From: an uncultured Gemmatimonadales bacterium
GTDB taxonomy: Bacteria > Gemmatimonadota > Gemmatimonadetes > Gemmatimonadales > GWC2-71-9
Direction: 5' to 3'
Length of the DNA stretch: 64,000 bases
Assembly (NCBI GenBank): GCA_947259405.1
Contig: CAMYLY010000004.1
Location: 171,529 to 235,528 of the forward strand
Translations under genes and position numbers: made by a program
Shown here: positions 49,335 through 58,510 of the stretch, in pieces
Layout: each line of letters begins with the position of its first letter
Position numbering within the stretch: position 1 is the stretch's first letter
Notes under the pieces: generated by a model
Database searches by the model: none
Seen by the model: only the letters and a program-made list of their open reading frames with translations
What the model was told of the DNA's origin: nothing

Positions 49335-50018
49335 CTACGACAGAATACCGGCAAGAAAGGATATCGGAATCGCCACGAACCCGAGCGCGATGACGACGGC
49401 CACGCCAACGGCGAGCGGCCGTCGGTAGCGATTGTACCGCGGGTGGTTCAAGCCGAGCGTCTGAAAACCGCTCCACACACCGTGGAACAAATGGAATCCG
49501 AGCGCAGCCATTGCGACGAGATAAAAACCGGCGACGACCACTGACCCAAACGCAACCTGCAGATTGTGATAGATGCCCCCGATCTGGAAGTCCGGGTGCA
49601 TGGTCCCCGTCGTCATGTGGAGAAGATGGTAGACGACGAAGACGAGCAAGAACACGCCTCCGTATCGCATGGTCCGTGAGGCATATGTGGAAGCCTCGTA
49701 TTCGAGGCTCTTCGCATACTTCTCGCGACGCGCTTTCTGACCGACACGGGTGAGTTGGAGTGCCGCAATGACGTGCACAATGAAAGCCACAATCAGCACG
49801 ATGCGCACGAGCCACAGGACCTGGCCGTGTCCGAAGATCGGGCTGCCCATCTCCCTCAGAAACTCCCCGTAGGCGTCGATCTTCTCCGCGCCCTGAAACG
49901 CCTTGAGGTTGCCGATCATGTGCCCCAACACGAAACCGACGAGGATGACACCCGTCAGCGCCATCATGATCTTCTTCCCGATGGTCGACTTGTAGAGTTG
50001 GACAACCCGCCGCATCAC
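49335..50018 (-). CDS. sdhC: Succinate dehydrogenase cytochrome b subunit (b558-type)
   Basis: The 227-aa, five-TM protein starts QLYKSTIGKKIMMALTGVILVGFVLGHMIGNL. The gene order is sdhC-A-B. Confidence 0.8.
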   Translation of the reverse strand: MMRRVVQLYKSTIGKKIMMALTGVILVGFVLGHMIGNLKAFQGAEKIDAYGEFLREMGSPIFGHGQVLWLVRIVLIVAFIVHVIAALQLTRVGQKARREKYAKSLEYEASTYASRTMRYGGVFLLVFVVYHLLHMTTGTMHPDFQIGGIYHNLQVAFGSVVVAGFYLVAMAALGFHLFHGVWSGFQTLGLNHPRYNRYRRPLAVGVAVVIALGFVAIPISFLAGILS

Positions 50019-50102
50019 GTCTCCGCTGGGATCGAAGCCCCAATCATGATACTCAACGTTGATATCCTGCAGAAGTCCCTCATCACCTGCACGTCTTCTC
50101 GA

Positions 50103-50960
50103 TCAAAGAAGCTTCTCGACGGCAGCAACGAACCGTTCAATCGCATGATCGGAAAGGGCGAAGAACAGTTCCGGTTCCACCACCTCGAACTCCATGACCA
50201 TTGGCCCTCGCTCTGGACCTTCGACCAGATCGACTCGGGCATACATAACAGGTTCCAGAAGACTCGACACCGCCGCGAGTGCAACATTGGCCACTGCCGG
50301 AGATGGATCCTCGAGAGTCACCGACCCCCCAAAGTCGCTGTGCACTCGGAAGTCGCCGGGTTCGGCATGTTTCCGTACGGCATGGGTGATTTCACCGTCT
50401 ACAATGACGACGGAAATCTCTCCGGTCTTCGCCACTGCGTTGATGTACGGTTGCAGAAGCATGTCTTCGGTCGGTTGGAGTCGATCGAGGTGGTGTTGGC
50501 CCCGCGGCAGTTCCTGCGAACCCACCTTCATCACCCATCGCCCCTACTGCCCCACCGCGGCCTTGATGACCACCGTCGACCACCCGAGCGACTCCACCAC
50601 CGAAGAGAGTTCGGCAGGGGCCCTGCGGGAAGGACCTGGGTGGGCGCGGTTGGGACGTTCCACTGGGGCCAGATCGCAGAGATAGCGCTTGTGCGTGTTC
50701 CACCGCCTGAGGGGCAACGAGTTCCACAACGTGGTTTCCGACGCTATCCATTCCATGGTGGTGAGGAACTCCTGGCGGCGGTATGCGTAGTCCCATACGG
50801 ATCGGGTGACGCACAGAGCCGCCGCACCCCAGTCGACGTGCCGATCCTCCCAAACGACTGGTGCCACCGTTGCCCCTCGGGGGCGCAGAGCCACCAGGAG
50901 GTGGCGATCGTCGTGATGGAGGCCCGGCATCGCGGCGCAAGTGATTAGGAATACCGTCAT
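50103..50960 (-). pseudogene. ATP-grasp (RimK-like) protein interrupted by an in-frame TAG
   Basis: Track ORFs 50544..50960 and 50103..50534 are in the same frame and separated only by TAG at 50546-50544. The read-through sequence is ...STVVIKAAVGQ*GRWVMKVGSQ..., so the stop sits in the glycine-rich ATP-grasp loop. Confidence 0.7.
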
Positions 50961-51040
50961 CGACGTCGAAGATAGACGACAGTGCGGCGTTGCGGACCCC
51001 CGCGCAGCGACACAACGTTCGACCGAGTGGAGTAATCCTT

Positions 51041-51433
51041 ATGGCCGCATCCCCCGACAACGCTGTCCGCCTCGACAGGTGGCTCTGGGCAGCGCGGTGG
51101 TTCAAGACGCGCGCGATCGCGACCGCATCGATCGAGGGCGGCAAGGTGCACGTCAACGGCGTACGTGTGAAGCGCTCAAAACTCATACGCGTCGGCGACG
51201 AGCTGAGAATCTCCAAACCACCATTTGAATTCCTCGTGAATGTGATGGCGCTGAGCGAACACCGTGGATCAGCCTCAGTCGCTCAAACGCTGTACCGAGA
51301 GCAGGAAACCAGCATCGCCAAGCGCGAGCGTCTCAAGGAACAACTTCGGCATCAGCCCTCGGTGACCTACGAGGGCAAGGGGCGTCCAACCAAGAAAGAC
51401 CGGCGACGCATCGACCGCTTCAAGCGTGGGTGA
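51041..51433 (+). CDS. hslR: S4-domain RNA-binding heat-shock protein 15-like
   Basis: Start at Met18 of track ORF 50990..51433. The sequence reads VRLDRWLWAARWFKTRAIATASIEGGKVHVNGVRVKRSKLIRVGDEL. Confidence 0.75.
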   Translation: MAASPDNAVRLDRWLWAARWFKTRAIATASIEGGKVHVNGVRVKRSKLIRVGDELRISKPPFEFLVNVMALSEHRGSASVAQTLYREQETSIAKRERLKEQLRHQPSVTYEGKGRPTKKDRRRIDRFKRG

Positions 51434-51441
51434 GCACAACC

Positions 51442-52428
51442 ATGCGTGCAATGGTATTGCCCGGACCCGGAGCACCTTTGAGCCTGCGCGATCTGCCAGA
51501 GCCTACCATCGGCCAGGGTCAGATCGGCATAAAAGTGGCCGCGTGTGGCGTCTGCCGAACGGATCTCCACGTCGTGGACGGGGAGCTGCCCGACATCAAA
51601 TATCCGATCGTGCCTGGTCACGAGATCGTGGGAACCGTTGTTGAGGTCGGTCCCGGTGTCGAATCGGTCGCGCTTGGCGACCGCGTCGGAGTCCCATGGC
51701 TGGGGTCCACATGTGGTCTTTGCCGCTTCTGCCGGAGCGGTCAGGAGAACCTCTGCGACCACGCGCAGTTCACAGGCTACCAAGTTGATGGAGGATACGC
51801 CGAGTACTGCGTCGCCGACGAGAGATTCTGTTTCCCTATTCCTCCATCATACGACGACGTCGAGGCCGCACCACTGCTTTGCGCGGGATTGATCGGGTAC
51901 CGGTCCCTCCGGATGGTGGCCGACGCGGCGAGCCTTGGGTTGTATGGCTTTGGGGCGGCCGCACACATCGTGGCGCAGATCGCCACGTTCCGGGAGCGTG
52001 AGATCTTCGCGTTCACGATACCCGGCGACGTCGAGGGCCAGGCATTCGCGAGGTTGCTAGGCGCCGTGTGGGCCGGTGGATCCGACCAGTTCGCGCCTCG
52101 CGCCTTGGACGCCGCAATCATATTCGCTCCCGTGGGCGCGCTTCTTCCGCTGGCACTCCAGCAGGTGCGCAAGGGTGGAAGCGTCGTGTGCGCCGGTATC
52201 CACATGAGCGATATCCCGAGCTTCCCATACCACATTCTCTGGGGAGAGCGGACCGTTCGATCCGTCGCGAATCTCACCCGGGATGATGGTATCGAGTTCT
52301 TCCATGTCGCGCCCACGATCCCCGTGCGCACCACAACACGGCCCTATCCGCTCGACGAGGCCAATCAAGCACTCCGGGACCTCCGCGATGGACAAATCCA
52401 GGGTGCGGCAGTACTAGTAGTCTCGTGA
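51442..52428 (+). CDS. Zinc-dependent alcohol dehydrogenase (MDR family)
   Basis: MRAMVLPGPGAPLSL, CGVCRTDLHVVDGE, GHEIVGTV, and structural-zinc cysteines CGLCRFCRSGQENLC. Confidence 0.85.
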   Translation: MRAMVLPGPGAPLSLRDLPEPTIGQGQIGIKVAACGVCRTDLHVVDGELPDIKYPIVPGHEIVGTVVEVGPGVESVALGDRVGVPWLGSTCGLCRFCRSGQENLCDHAQFTGYQVDGGYAEYCVADERFCFPIPPSYDDVEAAPLLCAGLIGYRSLRMVADAASLGLYGFGAAAHIVAQIATFREREIFAFTIPGDVEGQAFARLLGAVWAGGSDQFAPRALDAAIIFAPVGALLPLALQQVRKGGSVVCAGIHMSDIPSFPYHILWGERTVRSVANLTRDDGIEFFHVAPTIPVRTTTRPYPLDEANQALRDLRDGQIQGAAVLVVS

Positions 52429-52446
52429 GCTAGCCACACACATGGT

Positions 52447-52989
52447 ATGACCATACAACCATTCCTGTCGGACACCCTCGTGCAGTATCGGCGGGTGAAG
52501 TCGCTCGTTGAAGACGCCGTTACGCAGGTGAACGACGACGCGTTCTTCAGAGACTCCGGGGCAGACACGAACTCGATCGCCATCATCATCAAGCATATGG
52601 CCGGCAACATGCGCTCACGCTGGACGGACTTCCTCACCACCGATGGCGAGAAACCGGACCGCGATCGTGACAGCGAGTTCGAGCTTCGACCCGGTGATAC
52701 TCGGACCGCCATCATGGGAGCGTGGGACGCCGGATGGGAGACCGTGTTTGCCGCGTTCGAAACGATCACGGATGATCACCTGGATGCGACGGTGCTGATC
52801 CGCGGTGAGGCTCATACCGTGCCGGAGGCGATCCTCCGCCAGCTCCGCCACTACGCATACCACGCGGGACAGGTGGTGCTCCTCGCGAAGATTGCGGTCG
52901 GGCCATCGTGGGAGACCCTGAGCATCGCGCGCGGGCAATCGGAGGTCTTCAACGAAGCCATGCGCCGCGGATCGGAGCGCCATGGATGA
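52447..52989 (+). CDS. DinB-superfamily protein (DUF1572-like)
   Basis: The 180-aa ORF carries IIIKHMAGNMRSRWTDFLTTDGEKPDRDRDSEFE and HYAYHAGQVVLLAK. Confidence 0.65.
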   Translation: MTIQPFLSDTLVQYRRVKSLVEDAVTQVNDDAFFRDSGADTNSIAIIIKHMAGNMRSRWTDFLTTDGEKPDRDRDSEFELRPGDTRTAIMGAWDAGWETVFAAFETITDDHLDATVLIRGEAHTVPEAILRQLRHYAYHAGQVVLLAKIAVGPSWETLSIARGQSEVFNEAMRRGSERHG

Positions 52990-53005
52990 CCGGCGTCGCA
53001 CGACT

Positions 53006-53156
53006 TTGACAGCGTCTACCCGGGCTGCGTATCTTAACGACGTAGGTAGTGCGACGGGGTATCTGGTTTTCGCATTTCTTTGCAGCGGGACCCTGCGGGT
53101 GAGGGTCCCATTCGTATTTTCAGGCCGAGTGCTGATCAACCGTACAGGGGAAGGAC
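53006..53156 (+). promoter_or_regulatory. Candidate promoter plus long structured 5' UTR of the cold-shock gene
   Basis: TTGACA (53006-53011), an 18-nt spacer, then TATCTT (53030-53035). The predicted leader is about 115 nt and carries the hairpin GGGACCC-tgcgggtga-GGGTCCC (53087-53109). GGGGAAGGA lies before ATG 53157. Confidence 0.4.
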
Positions 53157-53369
53157 ATGAGGCTCAAAGGAACAGTGAAGTGGTTCAACGATGCCAAAGG
53201 CTATGGGTTCATTACCCCCGAGAGCGGTGAGCGGGATTGCTTCGTGCACTATTCCGCCATTCAAGGCGAAGGGTTTCGCTCTCTCAAAGAAGGGGAGCCC
53301 GTCGAATTCGAGGTTGTGGATGGCGAAAAGGGGCCCTCGGCGTCGAGCGTGACAAAGGTCGAATTCTGA
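53157..53369 (+). CDS. cspA: Cold-shock protein (CspA family)
   Basis: The 70-aa protein reads [31 protein letters not shown], containing the RNP1/RNP2 motifs. Confidence 0.92.
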   Translation: MRLKGTVKWFNDAKGYGFITPESGERDCFVHYSAIQGEGFRSLKEGEPVEFEVVDGEKGPSASSVTKVEF

Positions 53370-53445
53370 ACGACCTTCCCCTTCTCATCAACGTGGCTCC
53401 CTCCTTCGCCGTGGTCGCGCGGCGGCAACGCTAAGACGGGCGCGA

Positions 53446-53667
53446 ATGGCAAAGGAAGAAGCAATTGAGTTGCAGGGAACAGTCACCGAGGTGCTGCCGA
53501 ACGCAACGTTCCGCGTGCTCCTCGAGAATGGCCATAACGTCCTGGCGACTATCGCTGGCAAGATGCGCCGGCATCGCATACGGGTTCTGGCCGGGGATCG
53601 GGTCACCGTGGAGGTGTCACCGTACGACTTGAGCCGAGGGCGAATCACGTTCCGTTACAAGAACTGA
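53446..53667 (+). CDS. infA: Translation initiation factor IF-1
   Basis: The 73-aa protein reads [72 protein letters not shown]. Confidence 0.95.
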   Translation: MAKEEAIELQGTVTEVLPNATFRVLLENGHNVLATIAGKMRRHRIRVLAGDRVTVEVSPYDLSRGRITFRYKN

Positions 53668-53697
53668 CCGCACTCGCTCCGTTGTAGTTCTGGAAAC

Positions 53698-54462
53698 ATG
53701 ACTCCTTGGGTGTTGCGGCTCATCGTCGCCAACGCGGCGGTGTTCTTTCTGCGAACCGGAATTCCGGACGAGTTGCTAAGGCGGTTGGTCCTGACGCCCG
53801 TGCTGATACCCAAACAGCCGTGGACGTTGGTCACATATATGTTTTTGCATGCGGGCCTTGGTCACCTCTTCTTCAACATGTTGGCCCTGTTCTTTTTCGG
53901 ACCACGGTTGGAGGTTCGCCTAGGCACCGGTCGATTTTTGGCGTTCTATTTTACCAGTGGGTTAGTTGCGGCCGCGGCGTCGGTTGTATTCATGCCCCTC
54001 GCGTCTGTGATAGGCGCTTCGGGGGCGGTGTATGGAATCATGCTAGGCTACGCGAGGTATTGGCCCCACGACCGGATCTACATTTGGGGCGTTTTCCCCG
54101 TAGAGGCTCGCATACTCGTCGGGTTGTTGGCGGCGATCTCGCTGTGGAGCGGCTTCGCCGGTAGCGCGGACGGGGTGGCGCATTTTGCGCACCTTGGCGG
54201 ATTCTTGGGAGGATACCTCTTCCTCAAAGTGTATGAAAAGCGCTCGCCGGCGGCGAAGTTCAAGAAGAAAGCTGCACCTCCATCGGTGCCGTCCGCCGGC
54301 CCTGCCGCGGACGTAGCTCGCTGGCAACGTATCGACCGCACAACCATTCATCCGTTGAACCGCGACGAACTGGATCGCCTGATGGAGAAGATCAAGACGA
54401 TGGGACTTGGAAGCCTGACACCTGATGAGCGGGCGTTCCTCGACCGCTTCAGTACGACATGA
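53698..54462 (+). CDS. Rhomboid-family intramembrane serine protease with a C-terminal soluble tail
   Basis: FLHAGLGHLFFNMLALFFFG, the catalytic GASGAVYG motif and a downstream HLGGFLGG. The roughly 80-aa tail ends LNRDELDRLMEKIKTMGLGSLTPDERAFLDRFS. Confidence 0.85.
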   Translation: MTPWVLRLIVANAAVFFLRTGIPDELLRRLVLTPVLIPKQPWTLVTYMFLHAGLGHLFFNMLALFFFGPRLEVRLGTGRFLAFYFTSGLVAAAASVVFMPLASVIGASGAVYGIMLGYARYWPHDRIYIWGVFPVEARILVGLLAAISLWSGFAGSADGVAHFAHLGGFLGGYLFLKVYEKRSPAAKFKKKAAPPSVPSAGPAADVARWQRIDRTTIHPLNRDELDRLMEKIKTMGLGSLTPDERAFLDRFSTT

Positions 54463-54478
54463 CTGTCGAGCGCGAACC

Positions 54479-55636
54479 ATGAATAGACCACCAGGCAACG
54501 AACGCAGTGTCGAGGGCATCCTCGAAATCACGAGCAAGGGTGCGGGATTCATCCGGCGGCGCGAGTCGGGCTATTATCCGGCCCGGGGCGACGTGCACGT
54601 GGGACAGAAGCTCATCCGGCAGCTTGGATTGCGTACCGGAGATGTCCTGCAGGGATCCGCGGCCCAGCCGAAGGGACGTGGCAAGAGCTATTCACTTCGG
54701 TCGGTCGACACGATCAACGCTCGCGAACCCAAGGCCATCAACGGACGGCCCAGTTTTACGAGCCTGACGGCTATTCACCCCAAGGAGCAACTCCTCCTCG
54801 AATGCGACCTCACCCGGCTCGGATCTCCTGATTACACCAATCGGGTCATCGACCTGCTCTGTCCGCTCGGGAAAGGCCAACGCGCAATGATCGTCGCGCC
54901 GGCAAAGGCAGGAAAGACCATGGTCATGCAGGCGCTGGCAGAAGGCATCGTCAAGAATACGCCCCACGTGACCTTGCTGATCTTGCTCGTGGATGAGCGG
55001 CCGGAGGAAGTGACTGAAATGGAGTCCTGTGGGTACGGTGAGGTAATCGCATCGACGTTCGATTTCCCGGCAGAGCGTCATGTGTCGATCGCCCGCCTCA
55101 CGCTGGAGCGCGCACGACGCCGCGTGGAGCTCGGTGAGGACGTGGTCATCATTCTCGATTCCATCACGCGACTCGCGAGGGCGCACAACACCGTCGACAA
55201 GGGGAGCGGACGGACCCTAACTGGGGGTCTGGATGCGACCGCTATGGAGCAGCCGAAGCGCTTTCTTGGATCGGCGCGCAACATCGCACCGCAGCAAGGT
55301 GGTGGATCCCTCACCATCATCGGGACCGCGTTGGTGGACACCGGGTCGAAGATGGACGAGGTGATTTTCGAGGAATTCAAGGGCACTGGCAACAGTGAAC
55401 TCGTCCTGAGCCGCGAGCTGTCCGACCGGCGAATCTTCCCCGCGATCGACTTGCCGGCGAGCGCGACACGCCGAGAGGAGCTGCTACTGTCGCCCGACGC
55501 GCTCAAGGTGTCGCACGTTCTCCGGAATCGACTTGCCAACTTGCCGCCGGTGGACGCGATGAAGGAGCTGCTATCCCTCATGAGCGGCACGAAGACCAAC
55601 CTTGAACTCATCGATCGCGTTACGACGACTCGCTAG
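54479..55636 (+). CDS. rho: Transcription termination factor Rho (short N-terminus)
   Basis: Start at Met19 of track ORF 54425..55636. The sequence carries EGILEITSKGAGFIRR (start of the CSD-like domain), GKGQRAMIVAPAKAGKT, LLVDERPEEVTEM, ILDSITRLARAHN and ELVLSRELSDRRIFPAIDL. Confidence 0.92.
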   Translation: MNRPPGNERSVEGILEITSKGAGFIRRRESGYYPARGDVHVGQKLIRQLGLRTGDVLQGSAAQPKGRGKSYSLRSVDTINAREPKAINGRPSFTSLTAIHPKEQLLLECDLTRLGSPDYTNRVIDLLCPLGKGQRAMIVAPAKAGKTMVMQALAEGIVKNTPHVTLLILLVDERPEEVTEMESCGYGEVIASTFDFPAERHVSIARLTLERARRRVELGEDVVIILDSITRLARAHNTVDKGSGRTLTGGLDATAMEQPKRFLGSARNIAPQQGGGSLTIIGTALVDTGSKMDEVIFEEFKGTGNSELVLSRELSDRRIFPAIDLPASATRREELLLSPDALKVSHVLRNRLANLPPVDAMKELLSLMSGTKTNLELIDRVTTTR

Positions 55637-56387
55637 ACAGGCGATCCGTCGATACGGCCCCATCCTGATCACGACCGGAACTGTGGTCTCTTGCGGCGCA
55701 GGAGCCACTTCCGTCCGCAATATGACACCCACGCAGCTTCTCACTGCGGCGGCAGCGCGTTGCGACCCCGAACTCGTACCCGAGGAGCTCCCGCAGGTGG
55801 CAGACATCGCCGACTCAGTTGCTTTGACGCGCGCCATTGGCACCGCTACGTTCACGCAGGTTTCCGATTCCGTCCACCTATCGCTGGCCTTCGACGACGA
55901 CGGGCGTTTGATGAGCGTCAGTGTCGTTCGTGCCGGTGAATCGGAATCTGTCACGGAGCGGGTTCGCGCGCTGGTTACACGACATGTACGCGGTGACGAG
56001 CTGAACGGCGCATCGGGGCTACGTATGAACGTTGGGACTGGCCCCAACCCCTCCATCACACTGTTCCAGTCGTCTTACTGTGAACCGTCGTTGGATCAGT
56101 CGTCGCTACGCGGTCTCCGATCAGACGTTCGCCTTGCGGATCGGGAATCCGTCGCGGCGGCATTCCGAAACGCGATCAACTACCGAGCCCGAGTCACCAT
56201 AGATCCACTTGGTCGCGCACGCGCAGTACGGCTTGAGCAGATCACGGGCATGCCGGTGACCAATCCTCTCATCACAGAAGAAATTCGCAATTGGCGGTTC
56301 CTGCCCGCCCTCGTTGACGGAATCGCGATCGACGCCGTCATTGTCTTGAACGGGAATCGCTTGGTCAGCGCGGCACGCTGGTTCTAG
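55602..56387 (+). CDS. Hypothetical (possible lipoprotein with TonB-C-like end); start uncertain
   Basis: TTG start at 55602, overlapping the rho 3' end. It has a possible lipobox (ILITTGTVVSCG). The C-terminus RFLPALVDGIAIDAVIVLNGN is weakly TonB-C-like. An alternative start is MTPTQLL. Confidence 0.4.
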   Translation: MNSSIALRRLARQAIRRYGPILITTGTVVSCGAGATSVRNMTPTQLLTAAAARCDPELVPEELPQVADIADSVALTRAIGTATFTQVSDSVHLSLAFDDDGRLMSVSVVRAGESESVTERVRALVTRHVRGDELNGASGLRMNVGTGPNPSITLFQSSYCEPSLDQSSLRGLRSDVRLADRESVAAAFRNAINYRARVTIDPLGRARAVRLEQITGMPVTNPLITEEIRNWRFLPALVDGIAIDAVIVLNGNRLVSAARWF

Positions 56388-58002
56388 CTTCCTTCGGCAA
56401 CGGCACTACCTGCGAGACCGGGGCCGAAGGGGTTGGCACATCGTGGGTTGGCGCAACATGGCGGTCCCACCACGCCCGCATTCGACCGCGGTGCCACGAC
56501 GACGATGTTTCCACCGCCCGTAGCCGATTCGCCACCTCCCAGATCTCACTCGGCCGGTCGTGGGGATTCTTCTCCAGACAATCCAGAATGAGCTGATCAA
56601 GCGCCTCCGGCACCGGCAGTTCGGCGCACGACGATGGCGCCGGCGGTGTGGCCGACAGGTGCTCCATTAGCATGGACACCGCTGACGTCGACTCGAACAC
56701 GGTGCGGCCGGCCAACAGCCAAAACGCCACACACCCCAAGGAGTACACATCCGTACGCTGATCGACGTCTTCGCCGGAGGCTGATTCTGGGGACGTGTAC
56801 GCAGGCGTACCGGCAAAGGACCCCACGTCTGTGAGCTTCACGTTCCCCGAGCCACCCGACTGCTTGACCAGACCGAAGTCCAACACCTTGACAAAATCGA
56901 AGTCTCGTCCGTACCGGCAGATGAAGATATTGGCTGGCTTGATGTCTCGGTGCACCAAGCCCTTCTCATGTGCCTCCGCAAGCGAGTGACAGACCTGCAG
57001 GAGAACGTGCACAACCCGCTCGGCCGGCTGTGGACCATGTTCGGCGACGAGTTGCTCCAGGTTCATCCCGTCGAGGAGCTCCATGACGTAGTAGAACGTG
57101 TGATCCTCGGTGAGGCCGTAGTCATAGACTTCGACGGTGTGGGGCGAGCGGAGTTGCGCGGTTGCCTGGACCTCGCGCTCAAACCGGTGCAGGACGCCTG
57201 GCGTCGTCTCTTGCGTCGCACGCGATCCACCGGATTTGATCAACTTGATCGCGGCGGGTCGGGCGAGGAGCTTGTGTTTGGCCTTCCACACCTCCCCCAT
57301 CCCCCCCTCACCCAGCAAGCCAATCAATTGGTAGCTGCCCATTTCGCGAGCCGCCGCAATATCGCGGCCAAGCCCGTAGAGGACTCTAGCTCCTACGACG
57401 GCGATTCCAGCACAGATGTAGTTCGGCAAGATGATGGTGACCAGCAGCGACGCAGAGAGGGGTGGGCCACCATTTCGCACACCTATGAAGTACCACACCC
57501 AGACTGTCGACGCCGCGACGAGTGCGGCAGCCAGCGTTCGTGTAGGTGTGTTCGGAACGATGAGCGGGAACGTAACGATCCATACGGCAGTCCAGGAGAT
57601 ACCCACCCAGGTCATGTCCGCTTCCCAATGCCCCCAGACCAGCCAGGCATCGATTCCGGCAGCGCCGGCGATCAAGAACAACGGCCCAACTGCCAGAAGA
57701 GTGCCCGGAGATGGTCCCGCGGTCCTCGCCCAGACGGCAGTAATCACGCCAAGCAGCACGAAGGACACCGCGATGAAGTCGGGAGGCAGGACACCCGCCC
57801 GGCCACCCCATATCTCCAAAAACTCTGGAGTCAAGCGACTTGACCCGTACGCCAACGTGTAAGTGACGGCGTAGATCGCGGCGGCCCACGAGAGTCGTTC
57901 TCCGGCCCGCCGGATCATGTCGGTCGGGAGCGAATCGGGCCGCTGCTCCGCGGGCGTCGACACTCGGCGCTCTACGCGCCGCTTGCGCTTGTGATCGTGC
58001 AT
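56365..58002 (-). CDS. Ser/Thr protein kinase with an N-terminal polytopic membrane domain
   Basis: The first roughly 230 aa contain about six hydrophobic segments by eye. The kinase domain follows: GEGGMGEVWKAKH, AAIKLIK, HRDIKPANIFI, DFGLVK, GTPAYTSPE. Confidence 0.85.
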   Translation of the reverse strand: MHDHKRKRRVERRVSTPAEQRPDSLPTDMIRRAGERLSWAAAIYAVTYTLAYGSSRLTPEFLEIWGGRAGVLPPDFIAVSFVLLGVITAVWARTAGPSPGTLLAVGPLFLIAGAAGIDAWLVWGHWEADMTWVGISWTAVWIVTFPLIVPNTPTRTLAAALVAASTVWVWYFIGVRNGGPPLSASLLVTIILPNYICAGIAVVGARVLYGLGRDIAAAREMGSYQLIGLLGEGGMGEVWKAKHKLLARPAAIKLIKSGGSRATQETTPGVLHRFEREVQATAQLRSPHTVEVYDYGLTEDHTFYYVMELLDGMNLEQLVAEHGPQPAERVVHVLLQVCHSLAEAHEKGLVHRDIKPANIFICRYGRDFDFVKVLDFGLVKQSGGSGNVKLTDVGSFAGTPAYTSPESASGEDVDQRTDVYSLGCVAFWLLAGRTVFESTSAVSMLMEHLSATPPAPSSCAELPVPEALDQLILDCLEKNPHDRPSEIWEVANRLRAVETSSSWHRGRMRAWWDRHVAPTHDVPTPSAPVSQVVPLPKEARTSVPR

Positions 58003-58142
58003 GGCGTCAAGATACGCCCTTGGATCTCAGCTCGCAGGTCACGAATCTCCGGTCAAATTCCCGAGATCACCGCACTCTCACGGTGGCGCGTTCCGCAGCT
58101 ATATTGAGGATCGAACCCTCTCATTGACGGGAGATCCGGACG

Positions 58143-58508
58143 ATGGCAACGCGAAAACGCACGGCTGCATCTCGTGCCAAGAAGATGCTCAAGCGGGGAC
58201 GAAGCGCTCTGAAGAAAGGCACGAAACGCGCGAAACGGTCGGCGAGCAAAGCAAAGAAACGCACAAAGAAGGCCGTTTCGAGAGCCAAGCGGAAAGTCCA
58301 AGACGCCGCGACCCGCAAGCGGAGAGCCAAGCGTCGGAGGCGCGCCCTGACCGTGGCCGGTGCGGCCGCCGCCGCTGTTGGCGCGGCAGCTGCAGCGGGT
58401 GTAGCCGGCCGTCGCAAGAAGAAAGCGACAAAGAAGAAGCGAAAGGCAACCAAGAAGCGCGCCACGAAGAAGCGAACCGCTAAAAAGAAGAAGACGAAAC
58501 GGAGATAG
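58143..58508 (+). CDS. Hyper-basic K/R-rich protein with a central Ala/Gly-rich hydrophobic segment
   Basis: By my count, 57 of 121 residues are K or R and only one is acidic. The central segment is ALTVAGAAAAAVGAAAAAGVAG. GGGAG lies upstream of the ATG, and the stop is 3 nt before the next gene. The antisense ORF 58121..58543 is a low-complexity mirror. Confidence 0.55.
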   Translation: MATRKRTAASRAKKMLKRGRSALKKGTKRAKRSASKAKKRTKKAVSRAKRKVQDAATRKRRAKRRRRALTVAGAAAAAVGAAAAAGVAGRRKKKATKKKRKATKKRATKKRTAKKKKTKRR

Positions 58509-58510
58509 GG

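Noticed and set aside
50544-50546. The in-frame TAG in the ATP-grasp gene as programmed recoding (for example pyrrolysine).
   Set aside because: There are no pyl genes or recoding signals in the window, and the lineage is not one known to use pyrrolysine. A nonsense mutation or sequencing error is the simpler explanation.
54300-54479. The rhomboid C-terminal tail (…DELDRLMEKIKTMGLGSLTPDERAFLDRFS) as the missing Rho N-terminal helix bundle (E. coli …LGENMGLENLARMRKQDIIFAIL), separated from rho by a frameshift.
   Set aside because: The resemblance is short. The tail is in a different frame, with its own stop 17 nt before the rho ATG. As far as I recall, similar LTxxE-type tails occur on rhomboids unlinked to rho. 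Read mapping would still be worth doing.
58106-58120. A tRNA T-arm-like sequence on the minus strand (GAGGGTTCGATCCTC), possibly a tRNA gene or tRNA-derived attachment-site remnant.
   Set aside because: The stem has only 4 bp. There is no matching acceptor stem (the sequence following the arm has no complement about 65 nt upstream) and no anticodon or D arms. No integrase or other mobile-element genes are nearby.
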